64,000 bases of DNA from Antedon mediterranea. Taxonomy: Eukaryota > Animalia > Echinodermata. The stretch is taken from contig NC_092670.1 in NCBI RefSeq assembly GCF_964355755.1, forward strand, positions 30,616,388-30,680,387, given 5' to 3'. The translations under genes were made by a program, and so were the position numbers. Numbering within the stretch: position 1 is the stretch's first letter; every line of letters starts with the position of its first letter. Below, piece after piece: positions 36,334 to 49,080 of this stretch. Below the pieces are notes generated by a model that was given only the letters and a program-made list of their open reading frames with translations, was not told the origin of the DNA and ran no database searches.

Positions 36334-39300
36334 TAGTCCAGTCAATCTAGTGATATTTAGAGGTAAACCCACCACAAATTGCAATAGTAACGAAACATTA
36401 ATTTTTTCATTCCAAATGTAGTTTATAATGACATATTAAAAGTCACCAAAAATTGAAGCATTGGAACACATTATTTTTTACGTAATCTCAACAACTATAT
36501 AGTGATTTTATTCCATAAATATTTTGGGGTAGGGGGTAACATTTATGCCCATAACTTGTGGTTTTATAATCCAATCTCAATCATCTTGATATCAATGTGT
36601 AGAATATATATTTTTTTCTAATATGCAATTTACAAAAACAAAATACAACATTTATTTATATAACTAGAGGTCAAAAGGTTATTGACCTTTTACAAAAACT
36701 CATTTTTTTCCTTAAAAAAATGATTAACTGTTATATTGTGCCATAATTGTATATGCATTTAATCAAAATTGTGTTTTATCTGTACCTATCGATATATAAA
36801 ATAGCAAACATGATGTTAACTAGAAGAATTTTAAAAGTAATGATGTACTATTCTTATTGAAATTGATTCTTGATCAAATGTAATGTAAACAATTTTGGGG
36901 TAGGGGGTAGCGTTTATGCCTATAATCCATTGTTTTATAATCATATCTAAATAGCTTTAGTACCAATGTGTAGAGTATATATATCCTACTAATAATATAC
37001 ATTAAAAAACAATTAATAACAGTTATACGTAACTAGAGGTCAAAAGGTCATTGACCTTTTACAAAAACTCAAATGTTCTTAAAATAGCGTAAAACTAAAT
37101 TATGTTTATATATATTATATTTATATTTTGGAAGTATTTGGTGCAAATAATGTTTTTCTTGTACCTATTGTATCGTCATGAAATAGGAAAAATGATACTA
37201 GCTAGAAGAAAATTGAAATTCATTAGCGGAATGTACTATTGATGATTAATTAATGAGTCTTGATAATTTGGAATCAACTCATGATTTACTATAGATAGAT
37301 TTTTGATAATTTTAGTATCAACGAATGTACGTAATGAGAAGTATTTTATCTTCGCAGGGTTGCGTCTTCTCTCCTCTCTTGTATATTATATACACGGATG
37401 GATGTCGGAGCGAACAGGACAATCTTTTCAAATTTGCTGACGACACTGTCTTGCTGTCTCTCCTTCAAAATTCACAGGACGGTCATGGTTCCGCATTAGA
37501 TGGTTTTATCCAATTTTGTGGAAACTCCTACTTGGAACTCAATGTCACCAAAACCAAGGAGATAATTGTAGATTTTAGGAAGGAGAAAGGACGCAGCCCT
37601 CTGGTATCCCCCACAAATGACGAACCAGCGATATTGTCCATTCCTTTAAATACCTAGGTACTATATTTGAGGACAATCTCAGCTGGGAATTAAATACAGA
37701 GGCAATAGTAAAGAAAGGACACCAGAGACTTTATCTGTTAAGGAAGCTGAACCATTTTAATGTCAATAAAGTAATTCTCATGGTTTTTTATAATTCCTTT
37801 ATTGAGAACGTTTTAACTTTTTTCCTTTATATGCTGGTTTTTTAGTCTTAGGGTCAAAGAGAGAAACTCACTACAAAGTTGTTAACTTAAGTTCTAAATT
37901 AATAGGTTGTCAACTTCGTAGCTTGTCTTCCTTCTGTGACATGCACACTCTAGAAAAAAGTAGAGCTATTCTAAAAAATGTTAACCATGCCTTGTTCAGT
38001 GATTTCGAGCTCATGCCTCATGGGCGTCGCTTTCAATGCCCGGCATGTAGAACAAACTGGAAAAGAAATTCGTTTTTGCCAGTTGCCATCCGACTCTTAA
38101 ATTCTTGAACTTTGACTCTTGTTATATTATACTGTATATTGTGATATTTTTGTATATTTTGTAAGATCATTTTAATCCAGACCTTTTTATTTGAATTGCT
38201 CCGTGTGGGATGATATTGTTTAATCCTTCAACTAGAAAAGGACTCACAACTTATATGTCATCAGTATCACTTTCTTGTTCGGGTATTAGTACAGTGCAAT
38301 GCCATTGCATTCACCACATGTAGTTCTAGTTACCCCTGAATGCTTCAAGGAGATACTCAGGCTCTGGCTTTAAGTCTGTGTGTAGAGGAACCATGTTTCC
38401 ATCATCTGATCTTCCATCCCCAATCATCGGTACACATATCAACCCCACTCCATTGCTAAAAGATAACTTGAACTTGAACCTGATGTTAAGTACCTTGGTT
38501 GTGGTACGATTATGAAGTTGGCAATATGCGAGGTTGTACTTGTAGATGGGATGGAGTCAAAGGCATTCCACGTTGTCCAGGTAGTCCATTGTACAGACGC
38601 ACTAAACCATTTTCTCTAGCAACCACAATGTCATCCTTTGTAGCTTGTTTGCATTTGAAGACTACAGCATAATGTCAGAAATAAGTGCAATTACAAGCTT
38701 TTTTTAGAGCCACTTGTTTTCCAATTCCGAAAACTCTGGATGTTGTGTCACCAGTATCGCATGAGCAAACAGAAGGTTATCACAGATGTCTCTCAAATGT
38801 ACTGTTTGAACCAATTTGATAGTCCAGCATCTCAGCTCCAGTCTAAAGAATATCACAAGATGTTTTAAATGCTTGACTGCAGAGGAGCACTAGTAGATCC
38901 GTGTCATCGGATAATGACAGCTGTTTTCCTGTTTGCTGATTCAATGGTTTTTTGTACTATCCGAAAGAACATCTGCATCAGCAACTGCATTCACTCATTG
39001 CCATGTTGTTCAAATACTAGTTACGAAGATTTATAAATTGTTGTTTGTTACAGAAAGTGATCCTATTTTGTGGAACATGTCACTGGTAAAATGTACAGGG
39101 ACACTACCACCTGACCCGCCTTACCATGTGCGCCGTCTTTGGTGGACGAGCCGCTTTCATAATTATCAAAGACTATGCAGAGCAATATTTTCTACAGATC
39201 TCTACACTATTCCATATGAATGCTGTACAGTAGAGCACTACCAGTAGGCCTACTGGACATCATTCAGTGAGTTGGATGTATTAGACTTTTCAGAAGAAGT

Positions 39301-40434
39301 TGTTTCCACGTGGCATCATGTTGGTTTATTAGCTGAAAGTATTGTAAGTTGGTAGTTTCAAAAAGTGGTGGTGGATAAAAAAGTCACCTCGAGTCTCCTC
39401 TGGAACTGTAGGATTGATGCACACATATGACTTTATTGCCAGGATCTTGAATACATTGGAAGACTTTCTGGCCAAAATATTCAATGCTTAATACCACATT
39501 GCTAATATTCCGAGTCACCTGCAGTAACTCCCGTGTCAATGGTATGAAGTCTCTGAGTCGTAACCAAATGGATTTTTCAATTGCCATTGTGTTCCTGACG
39601 TGTGGCCATAAGGTCTTATGTTGGCCGCTGCTGCTTTCGAGTAACGCCCTGATACTATTACAAGGCATTACATACATTTCAGCGCAGATTTGGTCTGGAT
39701 GTACGCATTCCTATATTTTCTTGTCAAACCTCTTGTTTTCTTTGAGGCTTCTCATAGAAACTTTTCCAATCACCTGCAGGTCTGTTGACAATCCAGCCCA
39801 GATGGTCCGAACGTCATACAACATGGAGGTCATTGTCAAACTGCTGTTGAATATCTGTGTATTTCTACTGGTTAAAAAATACTTATACATTCCAATATAA
39901 ATACTGTAACCATGGCAACACAAATGCCAACTGGAAAAAATGGAATGTAGATCATCCAGAAGCAACAGGAACGGAGATGTCACTCATCTGCATCTTGAAC
40001 TGGTCATGTGTATCGCGTTGGACTGAAATGTTCACCCCAGGGAATCCCTGTGTGTATACCATTGTTGTTTACAGCGAAAACAACATTTTTAGCCAAAATT
40101 GACACATTATGTTGTGTTTTTCCGCAAAATTGACATTCTAAATAAAATGGTATGACTATAAGTTTGATATCACTGAATAGGAAATTTAATAAGCTTTCGG
40201 ATGACATAAATCCCACTTGTATATAATGTATTTTAAATGGTTAAATATATGTAATTAATGGGGCATATTAATTTTGACTTAAAATGACCTTTATTGACCT
40301 CTGACCCCTTGACCCAATGCTTGGATTTTCGGTGACTTTTAGTATGTCATTCTACAAATTATATCGAATTCAAAAATACTAGCTTTGTTACTATTGCAAT
40401 TTGTGGTGGGTATATCATTAGATTGACTGGACTA
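36334..40434 (-). mobile_element. Academ-type DNA transposon with decayed transposase
   Basis: TIR TAGTCCAGTCAATCTA..CCCACCACAAATTGCAATAGTAAC with 3-bp TSD TAT. Minus-strand remnants at 38220-40080 (ADADVL, DDTDLLVLLC, GIGK, DWGW). ~370-bp internal tandem duplication at 36520-37230. Confidence 0.8.
37340..38215 (+). mobile_element. Rex1/Babar-type LINE 3' fragment inside Academ
   Basis: QGCVFSPLLYIIYT, KFADDT, LELNVTKTKEIIVDFRK, KYLG, QRLYLLRKL, RTN..RNSFLPVAIRLLN. Frameshifted. Confidence 0.88.
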
Positions 40435-40620
40435 TATAGCAATGGTCTACTTGCTACGTTACGAATTATAGCCGTCTAAGCGCTAAGACCTGTTTATAGA
40501 CCGCTTATAGTAATCCGCCCCTGCTGTCTAACTCTATTGTGTATGATTCTTTCATAGCTTAGCAGCTGTATTCATCATCTGTGATATTCCCCTATAATTT
40601 CCACACTTACTTGAATCTCC

Positions 40621-41437
40621 TTTTAGTCGCGTGGAAGCGACTCTATAGTTCACTATGTCGGTCGGTTGGTCGATCTGTCTGTCTGTCTGTCTGTCGGTCT
40701 GTCTGTCTGTCGGTCTGTCTGTCTGTCGGTCCGGTATCACTATGCGTTTTATCGCTTTCTGACCTTATCTTGATATCAGTTTAATCTAGCTAGGTCAATT
40801 TTTCACAGTATATTCCTTATGGCCAGGAATCAATGTGGTTATGTTTTCACGGTGCGCAATAAAAAATTACGCGGTCTACGCACGATTTAACGAAATCACG
40901 TTTGTAATCATATCTTCACAACCATGAATCACAATTAAATAAAATTTGGTACTCATAAATTTCAGGGCATAAATCATCATATGGCAATACAATTACGTGC
41001 GTAGCGCATGTAACGCATGCGTACGCGCGCTTAAAATTTTCTAAATTTATTTTCGATGAAATGAGAGTAAGTTTCAGGCAATTTTAAGCGTTTATAAAAT
41101 TGCCATGAGTGCGCATATTTTTGCGCGCGCACTGCGCGTTAAATGTTATTGCGCACTCTTTTTGCCCGATTTCTGTTTTCTTGACTTACTTTTCAACTCG
41201 AAATTACGTTATACGAGCACGTCAAAAGTGACAGGCTACGCACGTGTAAATTAAAAAAATATAAATGTTTTTAAACATTTCAACATTTTTAAACATGTTC
41301 AGTAATTTCGGTCAGTATAGTTCACTATGTCGGTCGGTCGGTCTGTCTGTCTGTCGGTCTGTCTGTCGGTTTGTCGGTCTGTCTGTCGGTCCGGTATCAC
41401 TATGCATTGTAGCACGCGACTTAATGGCTGTTGGCCT
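40621..41437 (+). mobile_element. Long HINE (DINE-1-like Helentron derivative)
   Basis: 5' T-run, subterminal inverted AGTCGCGTG/CACGCGACT, two (GTCY)n microsatellites, 3' stem GGCTGTTGGCC. Confidence 0.82.
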
Positions 41438-41831
41438 TTTTCTATAATACTGTGATAATTACAGTTTTTGCAATCTTCCGTTATTTCACCCTTACGCCAA
41501 AAAATCATCTTCCCCTGGAGTTTTTCCATTTTTCATTTTCTTGATAGTTTCTTCTAATTCATCAGTGGTTATCTTCGACACCTTTCTCTTTTACAGTACT
41601 TCCTTCTTCTTTGATTATCTCATCTGGTTTTACATTAATAAGTACAGTATTGAAATATTTAGTCCATCGATTAGTGATGCTTTCTACTGATAAGATTGTT
41701 CCACTTTCATCCTGTATGTTGTGTTTTTCTGTTTTTTTTTCTTTCTGTAAAAGACCATACAACCGCGTTTTGTTTTTGTTTTCTCTTAGTTGGTCTCCTA
41801 TTTGTTTCTCTATTTTTCTGTTTTTGCTCAG

Positions 41832-42644
41832 TTTTTAGTCGCGTGGAAGCGACTCTATAGTTCACTAAGTCGGTCGGTCGGTCTGTCTGTCTGTCTGTCG
41901 GTCTGTCGGTCTGTCTGTCGGTCTGTTTGTCTGTCGGTCCGGTATCACTATGCGTTTTGTCGCTTTATGACCTTATCTTGATATCAGTTTAATCTAGCTA
42001 AGTCAATTTTTCACAGAATATTCCTTATGGCCAGGAATCGATGTGGTTATGTTTTCACGGTGCGCAATAAAAAATTACGCGGTCTACGCACGATTTAACG
42101 AAATCACGTTTGTAATCATATCTTAACAACCATGAATCACAATTAAATAAAATTTGGTACTCATAAATTTCAGGGCATAAATCATCATATGGCAATACAA
42201 TTACGTGCGTAGCGCATGTAACGCATGCGTACGCGCGCTTAAAATTTTCAAAATTTATTTTCGATGAAATAAGAGTACGTTTCAGGCAATTTTAAGCGTT
42301 TACAAAATTGCCATGAGTGCGCAGATTTTTGCGCGCGCACTGCGCGTTAAATGTTGTTGCGCACACTTTTTGCCCGATTTCTGTTTTCTTGACTTAATTT
42401 TCAACTCGAAATTACGTTATACGAGCACGTCAAATGTGACAGGCTACGCACGTGTAAATTAAAAAAATATAAATGTTTTTAAACATTTCAACATTTTTAA
42501 ACATGTTCAGTAATTTCGGTCAGTATAGTTCACTATGTCGGTCGGTCCGTCTGTCTGTCGGTCTGTCTGTCTGACAGTCTGTTTGTCTGTCGGACCGGTA
42601 TCACTATGCATTGTAGCACGCGACTTAATGGCTGTTGGCCTTGT
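41832..42644 (+). mobile_element. Long HINE, second copy
   Basis: Near-identical to 40621-41437, same orientation. Confidence 0.82.
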
Positions 42645-43017
42645 TTTTCAACTTCTCTCCCAAATAGTCTTCTCTGGTTTCTTTAGTACCATTTTTTTTA
42701 AATGAGCCTAAAATGTATTTTCAGATTTTCAAGAAATTTACAATTGTTATTTAAATGTATCAATTAACACAATCCCATACAAGTAAAAACCAAATGTATA
42801 GTTTTAGAGAAAAAAAAATCGTATTTATTCACGACGTCACATACACGATACACGAGAGAGAGAGTTGGTAGGCCGCGCGATAGTCAGTTACTATTCAACG
42901 GTCTGGAAAGCTATACGAAGCGTTGAACTAATACTAATTTGTATTCCATGTCAAATGCTGTTTAAATATAGTGCCCTAAAATATTCTTCCAAACTAACCT
43001 TTACTAGGCCCCGGTGG

Positions 43018-43354
43018 CGATATTTCTTTTCGTACATAAATTGGGGACCCCTCGTGAAACGTCACAAAATAAACATGAATATTCATTAATCATATCCATA
43101 AGGTGTGACGTAAGAATTCAGCTAACTACAATTCGCTAGTGCAAACGATTTCTGTCGAGCCGTCTGTGTAGTCGAGTGGATAAGACTATGGACTTTACAT
43201 GTCGATGTATCGGGTTCGACTCCCATGAGCTACTTCTTTTACTTTATAGTGAGAGAGAGAGATTATTTGGAGGGTTAGGTTTAGTTATATTTAGGAAGTA
43301 GTTCGGCTATCTTTCACATGGGGTCCCCAACTTATGTACGAAAAAAAAATCGCG
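43018..43354. mobile_element. Small TIR element carrying a tRNA-like sequence
   Basis: Inverted ends TTTTCGTACATAA(A/G)TTGGGGACCCC..GTGAAA. CCCCGGTGG occurs on both flanks. Confidence 0.7.
43157..43232 (+). pseudogene. tRNA-derived sequence (Pol III A and B boxes)
   Basis: TAGTCGAGTGG (A box) and GGTTCGACTCC (B box) at tRNA-like spacing. The acceptor stem is not convincing. Confidence 0.55.
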
Positions 43355-43651
43355 CCCCGGTGGAGTCGATCCAACCGTTGATTTTGTTTACCGTATATTA
43401 TAATAACAACATTTATTCAACATAAACAGACAGTTTACATTTGTATGGTCAAGACACACAGAAGCCAAAGTGTCTTTTCTTTGTAGTCCCTAAGCATAAA
43501 ACATAGACGGACGCATTACAATTACAAAAAAATGACATTTTGATCCGCCGTAGTTAAGATTTAGTTGTCATAGAATCACATTGGTTGGTCTGAGCATTAT
43601 TGTTTATTCCACTACAAATTAACTAGGTATTGAAATGTTTTGTTGTTCTAG

Positions 43652-45021
43652 GTGGAGTTCAACACTTTGATCCGCAAATGAGAAATATTCTTGAGGTTGT
43701 ATGGGAATCGATTGAAGATGCTGGTATTCCTGCATCGAAACTTCGTGGCTCCAACACTGGTGTGTATATTGGGGTGACGGATAATGAGTATTATACGTTG
43801 GCTGGGTTACCTTTTATCAGTCAATACACATATCCTGGAACCAACTCGTACCTGATCTCTAACAGAGTTTCGTATGAGTTTGATTTAAGAGGACCACGTT
43901 TTCCAATCGACACCGCCAGTTCGTCGTCATTATATGCTGTACAAATTGCTTGTGATGCTCTAAGAAAAGGGGATTGTGACACAGCAATTGCCGGTGGCGT
44001 AAATATCAATCATAATCCTACAGTTACACTTGGTTTCTGTCAAACTGAATTGCTTTCCCCTGAGTCGACAGCGGATGACAACATCCAAAGTGATGGTATG
44101 ATAATTCTTAAGTCACTAAGCCAAGCAAAAGCAGACAATGATCGAATTTATGCAGTGATTCAAGGTGATGCTATCACAAATTATGATGGAGCACCAGTTA
44201 TTGCAAATCTTAGCCATGATGCCCAAATTGATCTCGCACATAAAGTAAATAAAGCAGTAAAAGTTGACTTCAGTGATATCGCATACATCGAAACTTGTGT
44301 CACTGAAACTAAACTAGGAGACAAGACTGAAGAAAATTCCATTGCCAAATCCATGGGTGAACGACGTTCAGAAGTCGAAGGCGTTGCTGAAATAGGAGGA
44401 GTTATCATAGCAGCATTGTTATTACATCATCGAGACATTCCTGGCATTGTGCAATTCAAACATAGTCCAAATATGCAATTTCAAGATTTGAAACTAAGAG
44501 TTGCTACACCTAACATCCCTTGGCCGGTTGCTTCGACTCTCTCTGTAGGCTGTAGCTCATTCGAAGTCAATGGTGCTAACACACTTGTGTTTAAAGCTGC
44601 ACCTGTGCCTAAAGTACAGTACGTTCATCAAATCGAACCATTGTCGTTTGAGTCATATAACATGTTGATGATCTCGGCTCATTCACTAGAAACACTTCGT
44701 CAAAGATGTATCGACTGGAAAGACTTTTTATCAAATTTAACAGGATTGGAGTCTTTTAAAAATATGTTATACACGGCAAATTTGAGAATTACTATTCACA
44801 AAGAGAGAGCAGTTTTTGTAGCAAAGTCGAGTTATGAGTTTGTGAACTTACTGCAAAAGAAATTAGTCGGAGAAAGCTCAGATGCTATAATTGAAGGCAA
44901 AGCAAAATATGATAAGTCCGTTAACCGAACAGTTTTTGTTTTCTCTGGCAGTGGTACTCAGTGGTGGGGCATGGCGAGAGAATTAATCAATACACAACCT
45001 ATATTCAAAAAAGTCATAAAG
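43652..45021 (+). CDS. PKS-like gene coding exon 2 (degenerate KS, KS-AT linker, AT start)
   Basis: DPQMRNILEVVWESIEDAG, SNRVSYEFDLRGP, DTASSSSL, DRIYAVI, ISAHS, VFVFSGSGTQWWGMAREL. Acceptor TTCTAG (phase 1), donor AAG|GTAATT (phase 0). Confidence 0.93.
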
Positions 45022-45194
45022 GTAATTAGTTTTCAGATATTACTGAAATATACATAGCAAAACCGAGAGGTTGGCGGTTGAAATCATATATTCAAAATTA
45101 TAATTAATTATCACCGATACAATGTTTAAAAAAATAAAAAATAATATATTTTTACCCACTTCAATATTAATAAGATAATATAATTATTTTATAG

Positions 45195-45291
45195 AAGATA
45201 GATGGTTTTTTAGAGAAGACTGGTGGAAAATGGTCGCTTATTGAAATGTTAACAGTAGAAACTGATAAAAACAGAATCAAAGGTGATACAG
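45195..45291 (+). CDS. PKS-like gene coding exon 3 (AT)
   Basis: TTTTATAG|KIDGFLEKTGGKWSLIEMLTVETDKNRIKGDT|GTAAAC, phase 0 in and phase 1 out. It matches the 'D..L....WSL...L' AT segment. Confidence 0.85.
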
Positions 45292-46019
45292 GTAAACATT
45301 TTTGTTACTCTATAATACACCCCTATGTTGACTCTTGTTGTCATTTGAGTGATTTTCTTTAGATTAGTATATATTAGTTTGAATAATTAATGGGAACAAG
45401 ACGTGGAATTTTGTTATGGCTGCCTATGAATATTTTATTTTTTTGTTAACACAATTCATAGTTTTGTTATATATCTATGTAGGGTGCATGTCATATTATG
45501 TCCACTCGGCTTCGCCTCCTTTTAAATAATTTTAATAAAAAGATCATTTCTGAATATTTTTAATCCTTTTATTTTAGCGTCCAGTATACACATCCACGTC
45601 AAATAGTGAAAATGGGACAATAAGTGTTCCGAGAGCCGTATTGATCGTTTAAGTTAGCCAGAGCCTTTTTAGATAGGCTATAAATAGAAAGTTTCCGAGC
45701 ATTTCGAGCGACGCGAGTTCTGACTTCCGTGTTTTATAGGCTGTCTAAATTTCCCTTTTAACGGATTTATATTAAATTATATTGTTGTTTTGATTTATTT
45801 CTGTTTATTAGGAACATTTATATTAAACAAAGACCACAACAATAGCAATTTTAGTTGATTATGGATTCATTTATTCGAATTCTAAGATAAACGTCTAAGA
45901 CAAGTGTTAACGTAAACAAAACGAGTCATACGGCGAAAACAAGAAAGTGAAAACTAACTATTTGTTAAAATAGCTAACATTAATTTGCATTTTTTAAATG
46001 AAATTCTGAAAATGCTATA

Positions 46020-47980
46020 ATTCAATTCAATTCACATTTATTTTCGCATCCTTTATAAATACAGTTTCATAGCATAAATGATGGCAAGGATCCTGCATAG
46101 AGAAGTTTACACTTCTGTTTTCGCAGGACCCTTTTACATAAAAAACATAAAACAATAAACACAACATAATAGATACAAAATAAAAACAAACATTTCCTAT
46201 ATACATTTAAGAGTTGTTCATCATCAAAAAGCGATAGTGTTTTACTAACATGATTATTTATACATTTTTTCTTAAAAAAGAAGATATTCAGTTTATTACT
46301 TCCAGTAAAATCTTTCTTTATATATTATAGCAAAAGTATGAATACATATAGGCCTAATATAAAACAGGCTATGTGTGTATACTCGCACACACCAACACAA
46401 CGCATAATATATGCATATATATTTTATGAGTGAAGCATTTTAAGTTCTGTAATTCGATAAAATGTCTCTTTTGACATATTTTTTTAGTATTTTATAATTT
46501 TTGTTAACAATATCTAAGTGATTTCTACAGAGCTCGTTCCATAGTTTCGGTCCGTGTATACTGATAAAATGTTGACCAGACGTTAACCTATAGAGTATGG
46601 TTGTTTTACGCTACAAATATTTCGAAGACTATGGGTAGTATTTTCGTTTCTTTTGAATATCATTTGATTAGTATACCAGATAACACTTGTTCAGAAAGTG
46701 TATTGGAGAAAATGTTATCAATTAATGAAGATGTGTTGTTTTGTATTCTAGTGGGTCTTGAAATCGATGGGTAAAAGGAATGTGACATCATTACTACTTC
46801 TAGAAAATTATTTACAAAATCAGTCGATGCATGCTTAAGTAAATTAATGTTAAAATCACCCATAATGTGGCATGATTTTCCCTCGATATCAATAGTATTA
46901 AGAATATCGTCTAGTGATCTATTAAAAAGTTCTATATTGGAATCGGGAGGTCTATACCAACAATCGTATTGTTACATTTTCTTTTCAATTAGTTTAATAA
47001 AAATACATTCACAAGATTCAATAAATAGATCTTTTCTTTCTTTTTTGTCAATTGTAGCAGAAACAAACATACCAACTCCCCCTCCTTTACGGTTCTTCCT
47101 ATCTAATGCGAGGAAGTCATAGCTCGGTAAATATGGTTTGCACGACGTATTGTTTAACCATGTTTCCGATATACCTATAACTGTAAAGGAGTGGTTGATT
47201 AAGTTTAGGTATGTAGTTAGTTCATCAATGTGTTGATTGACACTTCGAATATTATAGTGAAGAAATTAGTAGCCAATATTTTTTAATTTCTTCACAGATT
47301 CATTCAAGTCATATGGACTCATATAAGAACATGTCTCAATAGCATTTAGCTTGTTTCTGAGACTATATTCAATGAATTCGTCATGGTCATTATTACCATT
47401 ATCAATAGATATTGGATTAAATAGTATATCCATTGGATTTGATATTTCGTTTTCATCACCGTTATTTTTATTGTTATCCATGCTTTGATTTTGTATGTTT
47501 ATTGATTGTATTTGTCTATAAAAAACTATTTTAATTAATATAATTTATAATACTATGCTTATGTCTACTGCTTAATTTCAGTTACAATAACTTTCTGAAT
47601 TTGTGTTACCTTACAATTGTTGAAATTTGTGGTAACATGGTCTACCTCTTCCTGTGTTAGCTTTTCTGCGAGATAGAACTACAACGTTTTCAACTTTGAT
47701 AGACCTAGAACGTTTTCAACTTTGTTTAGTCTTATATGCATTTTCAAAGATTTCCAGATATAAACTTGGGGTTATTTTATAAGGAGTTGAATATAAGTGT
47801 ATTTTGAGCGAAAGTGCGTTGCGCGTAGGCCTAGGAAGACTCGGCAGGGCTGGAATACTCGTTTCCTTAGGCGACGAGAACGACGGAAGATGTGCTTCAT
47901 CACTGGGCTCTCGAGTGTAGTTCTTGTTAAGTGAATGATTCAGAATCTTAAAATTTGGGCTTGTAAATTTTAAAATAAAG
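46020..47980 (-). mobile_element. Internally deleted CR1/L2-type LINE in PKS intron 3
   Basis: Endonuclease motifs (NIRS, GISETWL, RKGGGVG, MGDFNINLL, PTRI..SLIDNIF) are joined almost directly to the ORF2 tail (HGPKLWNEL) and a (TTGAA)n tail at 46020. The RT core is missing. Confidence 0.78.
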
Positions 47981-48329
47981 TAATAAACTTTCATTTTTCT
48001 TAAAATTATGAAGAATAGGGTGAAGTGTGGTCTGAATGCCTGGACTCAGTGTTGAATTGGTAAAATACTGAAAAATCAGTAAATTAATTAGGCCTAGCCT
48101 ATTTAATCAATGTACAGTATATAATTTAATATTTTTAGGAATAGAGCTAAACATACTATTGGGCTTACTATTAATCTCCTAATAACTCTGTTAATGTCAC
48201 ATGTCACTAAAATTGATTTAAGTATAGGCTGAAAATGTTTACTTCGTATCGGAGCTAAATGAAATTTCACGGTTCTTCCCTGCTTTTTATTATAATAATG
48301 GAGCAATAAATGAAATACAAGTACACACC

Positions 48330-49080
48330 AAATTAACATTTAAGTTTTAATATTATCACAAATTTCACCTTAAAAATCAGACAACAAGTTTTCTACATCA
48401 ACTTACTATCTTCTCTAAACCTCTTTTTCACACCCTAAATACCCTAAACATTTTTGACATTAATAAATTGCAAACTGCCCTCTTCATGTTTAGGTACTCA
48501 AATAACAAACTACCATCCACTTTCAACGGTTTCTTCACTAAAAATAACGAACTACACAAATATAACACTAGGAACGCAAACAACTACATTTCCAAAAACT
48601 ATAGCAGTAAGCAAATACTTAACTCTATACTACATACCGGTCCCCTACTTTGGAACTCTCTTAATCCGTCAATAACTAATAGCAAAACAAATAATACTCT
48701 AAAAATAAACTACAAATCTTATCTAATATCAAAATATAAAGTAAATTAATTATTTTGATCATATTAATAACTTATATAATTAAATTTAATTAGGCAAATC
48801 ATATAAATACAGTTTGTCCTTCCTGTCGTCCTTGTCGTGTTTGTATCGTCGTACATGTCCGTCTCTGTCTGTCAGTAGCGTACCATCACTTTGCTTATTA
48901 TTATCATTTTTAACTTTTTTATTCTTTCTGGTGGATCCAGGCTTAAAGCCCCTTGGGGTTTAAATGGTATTCTCCAGGCATAATGCAACTATTATTTACT
49001 TAATTTCCAACCACTTGTATCTTTTATATTTTGTATATGTTTGCATTATGTGAATAAATTTGAACTTGAACTTGAACTTG
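48330..49080 (+). mobile_element. CR1/L2-type LINE 3' fragment
   Basis: ALFMFRYSNNKLP..HKYNTR..GPLLWNSL, followed by AATAAA and a (TTGAAC)n tail. Confidence 0.8.

Larger units (their letters stand above)
35923..40520. mobile_element. Harbinger-like MITE with CTG TSD, hosting the Academ element
   Basis: CTG|GGGTGGATTGCTATAA ... TTATAGTAATCCGCCC|CTG. Confidence 0.7.
34200..42690 (-). mobile_element. Fragmented RTE-clade LINE in PKS intron 1
   Basis: Collinear pieces: YLGSII (~34540), AFIDLSKAFDS (~35800), KGDSSKCGNYRGIS (40560-40620), NRWTKYFNT..EELEE (41550-41700), separated by later insertions. Confidence 0.75.

Noticed and set aside
43157-43232. Functional tRNA gene
   Set aside because: A and B boxes are present, but acceptor and anticodon stems do not pair convincingly and it lies inside a TIR element.
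43630-45057. ORF-track boundaries as a separate 475-aa gene (and 50637 as another start)
   Set aside because: The starts are non-ATG and the ends run into introns. Splice sites define exons 43652-45021 and 50533-51464 of one gene.
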